A stretch of 64,000 nt of DNA from Nitrosopumilaceae archaeon (GTDB lineage Archaea; Thermoproteota; Nitrososphaeria; Nitrososphaerales; Nitrosopumilaceae). Position 1 is the first letter of the stretch. Each line of letters begins with the position of its first letter. The notes under the pieces were generated by a model. It did no database searches. It was not told the origin of the DNA and saw only the letters and a program-made list of their open reading frames with translations. The position numbers and the translations under genes are program-made. This document shows positions 10,321-20,163 of this stretch, piece after piece. The stretch covers positions 832,001-896,000 of the forward strand of contig CBDCCK010000002.1 of the NCBI GenBank assembly GCA_965214835.1, written 5' to 3'.

Positions 10321-11031
10321 CTAGGGGGCGCCAATGAGCTTGTGCAGCTGCGGAACAATGCGCACGTCGGGATATCTCGGGTATGCCAAATCATAAAACT
10401 CCATCAGCTGTCCAAGCGGGGGCTCCTCTGTCCCGTACGTGGGCTGTATGACAAAGCCCGAGATGCCGCCTGTCGTGACGTCAAAGACCCTGCCTGCAAG
10501 ATCCTCAAAGTCATCTGGGGTGGTTCTGGCGCTCACGACAATCTTGACGTAGGTCCGCTTTTGGGAGGATATTGCGCTCCTGAGGCACGCTACGGCGTTT
10601 TCTATCAGGCCGTCATAATGCCTGTCGTCTGCAAATTCAGAGTCGCGTGTCTTCAGCTCGATTTTTGCAATGTCGATAAACGGCAGCACGTGATCAAACC
10701 TTGCAGAGTCAAAGCATGAGGATTCAAGGTAGGTTGGAACCCCCCTGGACTGTACGTGTCTGGCCAGCTCTGCCACGGCCCGGTGCTGCAGCAGCGGATC
10801 GCCCCCGGTGAAGTTCACCTTGAACGTGTTTTGTACAAGGCTGTCATCGATGAGCCTGCAGGCCGAATCCACGTCATACTCGGTGCCAGAGTCAGGAGGC
10901 AGGGCCTCGGCAGTATCGCAGTAAAAGCACGTGAACGGACATCCTGCCAGCCTTACAAAAAGCGTCTTGGTTCCGTAAAACAGCCCCTCGCCCTCGACGG
11001 ACGTGAATACCTCAAACAGTCTGACCTTCAA
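10321..11031 (-). CDS. queE: 7-carboxy-7-deazaguanine synthase (radical SAM)
   Basis: SVEGEG, FVRLAGCPFTCFYCDT, TGGDP and PQLHK motifs. Confidence 0.94.
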   Translation of the reverse strand: MKVRLFEVFTSVEGEGLFYGTKTLFVRLAGCPFTCFYCDTAEALPPDSGTEYDVDSACRLIDDSLVQNTFKVNFTGGDPLLQHRAVAELARHVQSRGVPTYLESSCFDSARFDHVLPFIDIAKIELKTRDSEFADDRHYDGLIENAVACLRSAISSQKRTYVKIVVSARTTPDDFEDLAGRVFDVTTGGISGFVIQPTYGTEEPPLGQLMEFYDLAYPRYPDVRIVPQLHKLIGAP

Positions 11032-11072
11032 GCAGCTTGTATGGGACTCCTCGTTATTTATTCAGTGGTTTT

Positions 11073-11267
11073 CTAGTGCATCACGGGTTCCTTGGTATAG
11101 AACAGTCCCGCAATAAAGAAGACGACTCCCAGAATTCCAATCAGGCTGCCAACGAATTCCACCGTCGAGCCCATCTCAGGCTCGGCTGGCGCCCACAGCA
11201 TCGCCATGAGTGCGCCAACGGCAATCATCGGAATGCCCACGCCGGCAGTAATGGGCTTGGAGGCCAT
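11073..11267 (-). CDS. Small two-TM membrane protein
   Basis: Two hydrophobic segments, 64 aa. Confidence 0.6.
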   Translation of the reverse strand: MASKPITAGVGIPMIAVGALMAMLWAPAEPEMGSTVEFVGSLIGILGVVFFIAGLFYTKEPVMH

Positions 11268-11306
11268 GCTCAGGGTCTCTGGAAAATGTATATGAAGCTT
11301 GTGACG

Positions 11307-12131
11307 TCAGCTCGCGGAGCTTTCGATTTGTCTTGCCAGCTGGATCAGCTCGCGGAGGAGTCTCTTGGCGTCCTCAATCTCGCCTCCCGCCATCATGGTT
11401 CTGATTTCATCGATCAGTCCGCGTGCCTCCCCGATCTGCGATGGATCGGCGCCGGCATCTGATGCCCCGGTGATCCTTTCGTCAATTCCGCCAAGCTGCC
11501 TTTCAACGAACTGCCTTGCCCTGTCCGAGGCGCTGCTTGAGGCATGCTCGCGAATGTCCTTTTTTATGTCCTGAATCAGGCTCCTGATCTGGTCGACGGT
11601 TGCAGCCGGATTTCCCGTTCCATGTGTGATCTCAGAGCGGGCCCGATCTATTAGCGAATCAATCCCGCCAAAGCTGATTCCGGTATCATGCCTGTCAGAT
11701 ACCTGCCTGAGGCTGTCTACGTACCTGACCAGCCTGTTGAGCTCGCTCAGGGGATCACGATCTGCTGCCTGGGCGGGGGATGCCGTTCCCTCCTCGGCTG
11801 CCCGGGGGGCAATCATCCTGGTAATCTCCTTGAAATGCCTCATTGCAGAGAGGAAATGGCCTCTGGCCTCCTCGACATCGGAGGATTCCAGGGATTCCCC
11901 GAGCAGCACGACCTGTTGGCCTCCCAGCTCAAATTCCTCTTTGACCTGGGGGGGTGCTGCATCATAGCCGTCGTAGGTTCCCCGGATCTGGTCTTCGATC
12001 TGGGCTTGGGCCTCCTCTGCAATGCGCTTGAGGATGTCCGGATCATTTTGGGCAAAGGCGCCATCAGTCAGGGATGTGAAAAGGGCTCCTGCCGCCAATG
12101 CGGAGACTGCAAGCAGTGCCAGCGTCCTCAT
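11307..12131 (-). CDS. Secreted alpha-helical bundle protein
   Basis: Signal peptide (AFA) followed by amphipathic helices; overlaps the stop of the upstream gene. Confidence 0.7.
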   Translation of the reverse strand: MRTLALLAVSALAAGALFTSLTDGAFAQNDPDILKRIAEEAQAQIEDQIRGTYDGYDAAPPQVKEEFELGGQQVVLLGESLESSDVEEARGHFLSAMRHFKEITRMIAPRAAEEGTASPAQAADRDPLSELNRLVRYVDSLRQVSDRHDTGISFGGIDSLIDRARSEITHGTGNPAATVDQIRSLIQDIKKDIREHASSSASDRARQFVERQLGGIDERITGASDAGADPSQIGEARGLIDEIRTMMAGGEIEDAKRLLRELIQLARQIESSAS

Positions 12132-13135
12132 TCCCCTTCCCCCGTGTTTTTACGCAGCTTTACCAGGTTTTGCATGTTTTTCTTTTCTGTTTCTACGATG
12201 CCACTTCGCTCTAGCCGCCTGACTGCACGCCACATTGTAGTTCTTGGCTGGAGGAATTTTTTACGCAATTCGCTTTCAAGTGCTTGGCCCCCGTTATCAG
12301 AGATAAACTTCACTATCTCTTTATCATCATCACGAATGTCAGGCCTCGCCTTGAGGACTGCCTCGATGTCGGCAGTCTCGGATTTTGCGGTTGTTTTGGC
12401 CGCCTGAGGCCCGGTTGTCGGTGCAGATGGTTTTTGCCTCTTTGAAACTGCAATGATTCCAGCTGCTGCGGCCGCACCGCCAATCATTCCATACAGCACG
12501 ATGTCCGGGATTGCGGGGCCGGTGGCCTCGGTGGCCTCGGGTGTAGAGCTGAACAGATAGTCAATTTCGGAGTCTCCTGCAGGCAGTGTCAGCTGGTTTT
12601 GATTGTTGACTATTTCCATGTTGATTGGGAGGTTGGTCATGCCAACGATGGCGGAATTTTTGGGCAGGAGCAGTGTAAAATCAGCCGGGGAGTCAAGCGA
12701 GAACGTCCAGATTCTTCCAGTTTTTGAGACTAGGTCGTGGATGTCATATTTTACGGTAATTGTAGATGAGCCAAACGTCTCGATTAGCGCCTTGCTTCCA
12801 ATAATCTCAGAGTGCAGCAGGAATCCGTTTTCTCCCACGGCTACAAGATTATCCACGGTTGAACCATGCAGTTCTAGCTCGTGGCTGGCATCAAGCGGGT
12901 CCACATCGATCTCCGCGGAGACGTACACAGACCCGTCAGGATAAACTATCAGATCCAGCGTCCGTGTGGAGCTGAACGAGGGCTGAATCGGCATTATCGC
13001 AGCCACAATTATCACGCTGGCTACTAGCAGCGGTGCCTTGACCATTGTTTCGGAAATACCATCAGTCCTTACAAAAAGCATTCTGTCTTCGGGGAGCTCT
13101 TCCTGTCCGGGGTACGGTACGGCTTTCAGATCCAC
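12128..13135 (-). CDS. Membrane-anchored winged-HTH protein with extracellular domain
   Basis: Signal peptide, beta domain, TM helix, C-terminal wHTH (ESELRKKF..PRTTMWRAVRRLERSG); true start may be about 13045. Confidence 0.75.
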   Translation of the reverse strand: MDLKAVPYPGQEELPEDRMLFVRTDGISETMVKAPLLVASVIIVAAIMPIQPSFSSTRTLDLIVYPDGSVYVSAEIDVDPLDASHELELHGSTVDNLVAVGENGFLLHSEIIGSKALIETFGSSTITVKYDIHDLVSKTGRIWTFSLDSPADFTLLLPKNSAIVGMTNLPINMEIVNNQNQLTLPAGDSEIDYLFSSTPEATEATGPAIPDIVLYGMIGGAAAAAGIIAVSKRQKPSAPTTGPQAAKTTAKSETADIEAVLKARPDIRDDDKEIVKFISDNGGQALESELRKKFLQPRTTMWRAVRRLERSGIVETEKKNMQNLVKLRKNTGEGE

Positions 13136-13137
13136 GG

Positions 13138-13425
13138 TCAGTACCTCAGATTCATGCCTTCGACGAGGGTCCGGAACCTCTTAAACTCCCGGAAAAACTC
13201 CAGGCCCTTTGAGGTAATCAAGAAGACCCTGTTTCGGTCATTTTTGACGGATTCTACCAGGCCGGCAGAAACTAGTTGTTCACATTTGTCCAGGACAGCA
13301 TAGTGAGAAAGATTGGCTCTCCTAGATATTGCAGACACAATGACTCCGTTGCGCCCGCCTTCAACGGTGACATCCAGGATATCACCCATTATGCCCATTT
13401 CGGACCTGTATTGTTGCTTTGACAT
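13138..13425 (-). CDS. Archaeal winged-helix transcription regulator
   Basis: RS.M.I..DIL...RANLSH....L...GLV....F.IT.KG pattern. Confidence 0.85.
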   Translation of the reverse strand: MSKQQYRSEMGIMGDILDVTVEGGRNGVIVSAISRRANLSHYAVLDKCEQLVSAGLVESVKNDRNRVFLITSKGLEFFREFKRFRTLVEGMNLRY

Positions 13426-13687
13426 GGCATGCTGTGCGGTGCCCCGGTTTATCAGGGATGTCTTGAAACCCCGTGGCGGAACGCAAGGCGGAACGGCCGT
13501 TCCGGGCCGGAATTTGGGCGTTTTTTGGGGCCTTTTTGTGCGCGGGCAAGATGGGGGATTTTGCTGGTTTTTGAACCCAGAATTTAGTTTTTCAGAGTAT
13601 TGGAGGTTGCGACGTCATCAGTTGGATCCAGGTCCCTCCAGAACCGGTCAAAGGACAAAATGCCATGTATCTAGATTCCAGGTGCTG

Positions 13688-14658
13688 TCACGACAGTTCG
13701 GGTATGCCTATGTCGCGAAGATAGGCATATGTCTTATCATAGAATGCGGGAAGCCGTGTATGATCGTTTATGTCTCCATGAGGTAAAAAGATCACCAGTC
13801 CTTGCCTTGCTCGCGTCAGCAAAACCCGATACGCGTTTTTCAGGTATGACATCCTAGCATCCTTTCTGATATGGGTCCATTTTGATCCCCTAAACTCGCG
13901 ATATATCCAGTCCTTGGCAGAGCTATATCTAAGGTTGGCATCCCATGCAACACATGCCCAGTCAAGCTCAAGCCCCTGTACATGAAACTCCGTAGCAGCG
14001 TATTCAAGACTGTACGATGAGCGGTGATCATTACGCTCGTTAAGAAACCATTTTGTGGCATCGACTGTAAGCTCGACGTATATTCCGTGCGGCTGCAGTC
14101 TGTACGATTTTGCGCTTGCCACTATTCCGAACCTCTCGCTTCCACGTGCCTTCTCGCGCAGCCACTGCTTTGCGCGCTCAAAGTCCCGCGTCATTACTAT
14201 CGGATACCGATCCAGCATCCCCAATACATTTCGTGCGTCTTCTGTATTGCAATCCAAAAGCACCTTCACAAATTCTGACACACGCTCGCTACGAAACGAC
14301 CTGATTGATGTGCTCAGATGCAGATCTGGAACAGACGTACACTTTGTGTCGCCTACAAGATCGATCATGTTCTGATTACCTGTGTATTCGGCGTCTGTTA
14401 TCTTTGTGGATATGTAGACGTTCCAGTCCGGGTAGTGGTTGCGAATACTATCAAACCACTCTGTCAGCCCTGCCTCGCCGGTGTTGATCTCCTGGCCTCC
14501 TCCTACTAGGCACACGATCACCGCCCATCCCTCGTGCCTGTCTAGGACACTGATCAGAAACTGGGGTTCGGACATGTTAAAGTTCTTTATTCTCTTCTTG
14601 CTTGCCATAAAACGGGTCGTTTGTTCCTTGTTCCATGCCCGTTGTGCCTCGTCAAATG
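13688..14658 (-). pseudogene. DUF2075 (Schlafen-group helicase) C-terminal half, 5'-truncated
   Basis: FDEAQRAW, GGGQEINTGE, TSIRSFRS, TEFHVQGLELDW and NAYRVLLTRARQG motifs; Walker A and nuclease regions missing, ORF start lies in a MITE. Confidence 0.85.
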
Positions 14659-14720
14659 AGACTGGTAAGTTAGCGGGAGCTGATTTCTTCTGGAAGCATC
14701 GGGAGCTGCTATGGGCATTA

Positions 14721-14798
14721 GACCTTATGCATAATCGGTTCAGAACTAGGATTATTACGAACAAATTCATCACATTCAGGTCGATTACGCATAAAGCC
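14721..14798. mobile_element. MITE family E (78 bp), TA-flanked
   Basis: GACCTTATGCATAATCG...CGATTACGCATAAAGCC flanked by TA on both sides; same end at 52121-52138 and about 15777. Confidence 0.75.
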
Positions 14799-14802
14799 TA
14801 CC

Positions 14803-15091
14803 GGACCGTAGCATCGGGCTGACAAGCTCTAGGCCATACCGCCCGGAGACCAACAGCAAGCTAGCAAGATTTCACGGTAGTATAGAGGCCAAAATCCACC
14901 ACTATGCGAGTCTGGCTGTATACGTGGAATACTATAACGAGCGCAGGCTACACTTTGCAATGGATATCGACAACTGTGAGACGCCGTTGCAGGCCTTCTC
15001 GGCAGAGGCCACAGAAGCGATCAGAAAAAGCAACCCAAAATGGATGGGGAGGGACATCAATGACTAGCGAACCTAATTTTCATATAACACA
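14803..15091 (+). mobile_element. IS481-like transposase remnant
   Basis: SRPYRPETNSKLARFH...YVEYYNERRLH; same right end as the copy ending at 5843. Confidence 0.75.
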
Positions 15092-15105
15092 ACTCCAAAT
15101 CCCTG

Positions 15106-15530
15106 TTGGTGAGAAGATCATACTATTCTGGAACCATACAGGAGTTCTTGGCGGCCGACGGAGGCAAGATACTAGACGAGATCCGTGAGAATGACACCTT
15201 CAAGCCAGACAGGAATCAGACTGATGCGTGGAGGGAGCAGATCCTCATACTGAAGGATCAGCTCAGGGATCTTGGGCGTGGCCATGTCATCTTCGAGTAT
15301 ACCATTCCTAGGATGGGCAAGAGGGTAGACACCGTGGTGATCCACTCTGACTTTGTATTTGTCATGGAGTTCAAGGTCAACAAGAAGAGATTCGAAAGGC
15401 AGGACGAGGATCAGTGCACCGACTATGCGCTGGATCTGAAGAACTTCCACGAGGACAGCCATTGCGCCTCGATAGTGCCGATCCTCGTATCCACGGAGGC
15501 AGACAGCCCGGATCATGAGACGCCAGAAAA
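15106..15530 (+). pseudogene. DUF2075 helicase-nuclease, N-terminal nuclease part (interrupted)
   Basis: FEYTIPRMGKRVD...VMEFK...QCTDYALDLKNFH; joins in frame to 17842..19357 once the insertion is removed. Confidence 0.85.
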
Positions 15531-15800
15531 GTACAACTTCAGGTCCTATTTATACTGACTAGGGAACTTTTTGCCCGGAACTTTTTGATCCTTCCGCATC
15601 CGTTGTGACAGACCCGTTGCATCACGGTTCTGTGTAATCTTGGTGATATGAAATTTCATCGGGATCAGGAATGCCCGACAATCTGACCTTTCAGGTTGTT
15701 CTGTGTAATCTTAGGCACCTGAGGCTGGATCTTCTGATTGAAATGATGATGTTCTGGACACAATGCGTCATAGTCAGACCTTATGTGTAATCGGCACTGA

Positions 15801-15926
15801 TCAAAAAAACCAGGCAGCTTTTACGTAATTTTTGGAAAACTCCGTCTGTTCCAGGGTCTTGGCAGCCCGGCCCTTGATGGTTGCCACGCACGTCTTTTTA
15901 TGAACGTCTATTCCTATGTTGATCAT
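15801..15926 (-). pseudogene. IS110-family recombinase N-terminal fragment
   Basis: MINIGIDVHKKTCVATI (DEDD-domain start) after a GGAGGTGA RBS; truncated. Confidence 0.7.
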
Positions 15927-16437
15927 TATATCACCTCCCTGTTGATCAAAGTGTGTGTGCCCAACTGTGCGGAAAACTCCCATTCGCCCTCGATGTGGCA
16001 TTTCGTTGTCCGCCTACTCTGAGCCAGTCTCTTACGCGCTCTCATATGTGGCAAGTTTACTTCGGCTCTTGGGCCCAACATGGATAGTATGGCATCCGCT
16101 ACAGATAAGATTTGATATAACGTCTCTTACCAGTTGGGTGTATTTCCGCGACGATAATATCGCGGCCCATTGAAGTTTGGGAGCACCAGTACGGGATTCG
16201 ACTGTAAGATGTTGCTTTCCGCGACGTTGTTGCGATCCCATTCAAGCAAAGGCTTTAGGATTTTCAGGATCTCGTTGGCGGCACTGCCGATCAGGATCTT
16301 CATTACCATGCCTCCTGTGCAGTATCCGCTGGATCGGGTAAACCTTCACCCGGCATCCTCCTCCTGGCACCGTCTGTACCGTCGTGAACCAGGCGCATTT
16401 GGGATGACTGAAAACGAATCATTATAAGATACTTGGT

Positions 16438-17052
16438 ATGAGTATCTTCATGCCGGCCAACAAGCTGAAGAGGATTGTAGGGGATGAATTTTTTTCACAG
16501 TTCGAACATGATTTGGAAAAACTGATTGAATCCGGACCAAAAACGTGGGACATGCTGTTTTCTGTATATGAAGACATGGAACATCACCAGCAGTACAACT
16601 TTTTGTTGAAGAAAAAATGTGCGGCGCATGGAGGATCATACGACGACATAGTGCGGTTGTCTTCACCATTTCGCTATCTCATACGGCTGATGTTGAACGG
16701 AATATTGGAGAAAAACGACATCAGGAATGCCATCCTGGACAGCACAGACCACTCAAATGTAGACGCGTTTTGCGATGAGCTGGCTTCCAAGTTTGATTCA
16801 TGTCGTGATAAACTCAAGGTGGCCAATGCTGTCGGAATGGCATTTAATCATGACATATCCCTGCTGGAAGACATTAGGGTCGATACTGGAGTGAGAAGCG
16901 TAGTGGTGGATTCTAGCACAGTTAAAAAGCCAATAATAACAATAAGCCTGGATGAAGTTGTGTTTAACTGCACCAAGGGAGATGTACACATTTTAATTGA
17001 CATTTTAAAAAACGCATGTAAGGTGATAGAGGATGAGTACGAGAAAAACTAG
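16438..17052 (+). CDS. Hypothetical protein, COMM-domain-like (COMMD-like)
   Basis: 204 aa; helical N-domain, then strand-strand-strand-helix pattern LEDIRVDTGVRSV..KPIITISL.EVVFNCTKGDVHILIDILKNA. Confidence 0.55.
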   Translation: MSIFMPANKLKRIVGDEFFSQFEHDLEKLIESGPKTWDMLFSVYEDMEHHQQYNFLLKKKCAAHGGSYDDIVRLSSPFRYLIRLMLNGILEKNDIRNAILDSTDHSNVDAFCDELASKFDSCRDKLKVANAVGMAFNHDISLLEDIRVDTGVRSVVVDSSTVKKPIITISLDEVVFNCTKGDVHILIDILKNACKVIEDEYEKN

Positions 17053-17404
17053 GCTGAAGAATGCTCACGGCAGGCTGTCGTATGAACCCGGTGGCGGCCT
17101 GATTAAAATCAGGACGAATGAGGAATCACGTGAAATGAGGTTGGAGTTTCCAAACAAGGAGATGTATGTCAAATTTTATGATTTTGCAACAGAAAACTAT
17201 GACAGGTACAGGATATATCAAGATCACCAGGGTTTCAGCTTCCCCAAAAAATCCGCCGCATTCGTCGGCACCAGCATAGCTGCAAGCCTGGGCCTGATTA
17301 TGCTGGTTGCGCACCCGCTAGGTATCATATCCGCATCCGCGTTCATATGCCCGGGGTACATGCATGGAAAGTCAATTTACAACTGGTTTAGAAACCGCAG
17401 ATGA
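17033..17404 (+). CDS. Hypothetical membrane protein
   Basis: Soluble N-terminal ~70 aa plus two C-terminal hydrophobic segments; overlaps the upstream gene by 20 nt. Confidence 0.6.
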   Translation: MSTRKTRLKNAHGRLSYEPGGGLIKIRTNEESREMRLEFPNKEMYVKFYDFATENYDRYRIYQDHQGFSFPKKSAAFVGTSIAASLGLIMLVAHPLGIISASAFICPGYMHGKSIYNWFRNRR

Positions 17405-17622
17405 ACCAAAGACAGTTTTTAACCTGTTTTATTGGAACTGTGGGTACAATGGCATTTACCACGTATGCCGTCACATTTGACATGAATGATATGGAGACCG
17501 AAATCACGCTGGAAAAACTGAAGATAACAACGCCGCTGGATCTGGTCCTCCCGTTCATGGTCTTGTGCGCAGGCACGATAGGATGTATAATCCGGAGTGA
17601 TGCTGGGCCGTCGGCCAAGTGA
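17401..17622 (+). CDS. Small two-TM protein
   Basis: ATGA overlap with the previous stop; two hydrophobic segments. Confidence 0.55.
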   Translation: MNQRQFLTCFIGTVGTMAFTTYAVTFDMNDMETEITLEKLKITTPLDLVLPFMVLCAGTIGCIIRSDAGPSAK

Positions 17623-17635
17623 AATGTATAGTGAC

Positions 17636-17767
17636 GGGGGTTGTCGCCTAATTCCATTTATCTGGCTCTACCTGCACATTTTTCTGAATTTCCGCCCTTT
17701 TACACGCCTGATCCATATGGCAACTCAATAGTTTTCAGGAATTCTAATGAATTAGGCGACAACCCCC
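17636..17767. mobile_element. MITE family D (IS256-like ends)
   Basis: TIR GGGGGTTGTCGCCTAATTC/GAATTAGGCGACAACCCCC; homolog at 19382-19630. Confidence 0.85.
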
Positions 17768-17841
17768 ATCTGATCATAAGATGCTGCCCAGGAAATGCCT
17801 GCCTGTCAGTATAAAAAGGACCTGAAGTTGTACCCAGAAAA

Positions 17842-19357
17842 GTATGTCGACTGCGTATATCACACGATCCGCGCAAACAAGGACGAGATACGCGATACCA
17901 TGAGGCGCGTCTCCTCCTCAGACGAGGCCGGATGCCGCGTGACGGCCACAAAGTGGGAGGATTCAATGTACCGCCCTACACCTACGATAACTGAGGCCGC
18001 CACCGCGCTGTGCGGCGGCATCTCGGGCATTGACGACCTGATGCACTCTGATGCAGGCAAGATAAACTTGGACGTTACTGCAGGTGCCATAAGCGGGATA
18101 ATCGAGAAATCAAAACGCAATGGCTCCAAGTCCATCTGCTTTGTAACCGGGGTTCCGGGATCCGGCAAGACGCTTGCGGCGCTGAACCTGGTGTGCGGTG
18201 CCCATCGCGAGAAGGACGGGCGGGCCGTGTTACTGTCCGGAAATCAGACACTGGTGAATGTACTCAAAGAGTCACTCGTACGGGGAGGCGGATGCATAAC
18301 AGAATACGAGGGCAAGGCAGCAGCATCGCTGATACAGCACATACCCAAGTTCAGAAATAACATCAGCCCCGACAAGCCGTCATTGGAGAGGATTATGGTG
18401 TTTGACGAGGCGCAGCGGGCATGGTCTGCCGAGAAGCTTGCAAAATCACAGAAAACCAAGAACCTTGACTATCACGGAATGTCGGATCCGGAGCTGTTGA
18501 TAGGGTCGATGGCCAGGCACAAGGGGTGGGCCGTGATAGTGTGCCTGATAGGGGAGGGCCAGGAGATCTACGACGGTGAGGTCGGTCTATCCGGGTGGCT
18601 GGAGGCCATAAGGAACAGGTACCCCAAATGGAATGTATACCATTCGGCGAGGATCGATGATCCACGCTACGGCAAGGATGTACCGGCCCTGCTTGAGGGA
18701 ACTCGACACGATGCGGTGAAGGGACTGCATCTGGACACGTCAATCAGGTCATTCCGTGCCGAGAGCCTGTCGATGCTCGTATCCAGAATCCTAGATCGCG
18801 ACGCGGAGGGCGCACAGGAGGTCTGGAGAGGCATCAGCGACAGGTATCCCATTGCCATCACGCGCGACATCAACAAGGCAAAAAAGTGGGTAAGGGGGAG
18901 GGCGCGCGGAACCGAAAGGTACGGCATCGTGGCAAGCTCGGAGGGATACCGACTTGGGCCGCATGGGATATTCGTAAAGTCCGACATCAAGCCCGTCCAT
19001 TGGTTCATGGCAGGCAAGGACGATATACGCTCGTCGTATTATATGGAGAAAGTAGCCACCGAGTTTTACATACAGGGGCTGGAGCTTGATTGGGTGTGCC
19101 TTGCATGGGATGCAAACTTGAGGTATATAGACGGGGACTGGCAGGCGCACAGGTTCCGCGGGAGCAGCTGGGGATCCATAAAGACTGAGAAGGCTCGCGA
19201 GTACCTGCTGAACTCGTACCGCGTGCTACTCACCAGGGCCCGTCAGGGGATGGTGATATTCGTCCCGGAGGGAGACGACCACGACGCCACTAGGAACCCG
19301 GAGTTCTACGACGGTACGTACGAGTATCTCAAAGGCATCGGGTTTGAGGAGATATGA
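17842..19357 (+). pseudogene. DUF2075 helicase-nuclease, C-terminal part
   Basis: Walker A GVPGSGKT, FDEAQRAW, QGLELDW and YRVLLTRARQG motifs; separated from its N-terminus by the 15531-17833 element. Confidence 0.88.
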
Positions 19358-19381
19358 TCCGAGTCTGGAATTCCTGTTTGG

Positions 19382-19630
19382 GAGGCTGTCGTCTAATTCC
19401 CTTTGCTTGACTCAATCTGCACGTTTTTCTGAATCTCCACGCCCTTTGCACGCCTAATCCAGACGACACCTCATAGTTTTCAGGTAACAGCTCGGACTTT
19501 GGAAGTGACTTGTGATTTTAGGCACGAATTACATCTGCGGAGGCCTCTTTGGTGGTAAAATTCATGCCTGAACTTCCAGAGCCCGACCTGTTACGTTTTC
19601 AGGAATTTTGATGAATTAGGCGACAATCTC
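19382..19630. mobile_element. MITE family D copy with a nested family B MITE
   Basis: GAGGCTGTCGTCTAATTC...GAATTAGGCGACAATCTC; 9-bp near-TSD CCTGTTTGG/CCTGTCTGG. Confidence 0.8.
19484..19594. mobile_element. MITE family B (111 bp, IS66-type GTAA ends)
   Basis: GTAACAGCTCGG...CCCGACCTGTTAC; 8-bp TSD GTTTTCAG. Confidence 0.92.
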
Positions 19631-19971
19631 CCTGTCTGGAGACTGCAGAAAGCCCTCGAGTCTGTTTGCGTTCTTGGAGGTGGAGGCTCCATTTCAGGCA
19701 TCTTGAATACGATGGGCGTATTGAACTTTTTTTGTACACATCTATGAAAGCATCAACATATGAGAAAACACTGAAAATTCAAAAAAATCTTAAGGGCATC
19801 AAGTCCAAAGAATATCATCAAAAAATATGACATGGTTGTTCAGGATCAAGGCGATTCTGTAGGATTATTTTCCCATAGCCTCAAGCCAGAAAATTTGACT
19901 CTTGAAATGGCTTTTCAGATACGAAGATGGGTAGTTAGAACCAAAAGGACAATCATAACAAAAGTTTTGAC

Positions 19972-20082
19972 GTAACTGATCGGGTTCTGGAAGCTGTTTC
20001 TGATTTTAGGCACAAATTCTGTTTGATCGGCATTCATTAACGATAAAATTCATGCCTGAACTTCCAGAGTCCGACCTGTTAC
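19972..20082. mobile_element. MITE family B copy without TSD
   Basis: 111 bp with the same ends; flanks differ. Confidence 0.85.
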
Positions 20083-20163
20083 CTCTGTCGTTTATCTTTT
20101 GAGCAATAGTTGAAAAGGTGCACGGTTGATGGTGAAGGTTAAGAAAACCAAATTTCTGGCAAG

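Larger units (their letters stand above)
15531..17833. mobile_element. Non-autonomous cargo transposon (IS66-type ends), 2303 bp
   Basis: 29-bp TIRs GTACAACTTCAGGTCCTATTTATACTGAC / GTCAGTATAAAAAGGACCTGAAGTTGTAC (1 mismatch); 8-bp TSD CCAGAAAA at 15523-30 and 17834-41; no transposase inside. Confidence 0.92.

Noticed and set aside
8738-11031. queC/folE/queE as a 7-deazaguanine DNA-modification (dpd) system
   Set aside because: No DpdA/TGT-like gene nearby, core GC and housekeeping context; archaeosine precursor synthesis explains the cluster
13688-14773. ORF-track starts at 14773 and 17795 as true gene starts
   Set aside because: Both N-termini are translated from MITE/TIR DNA; the ORFs are gene halves
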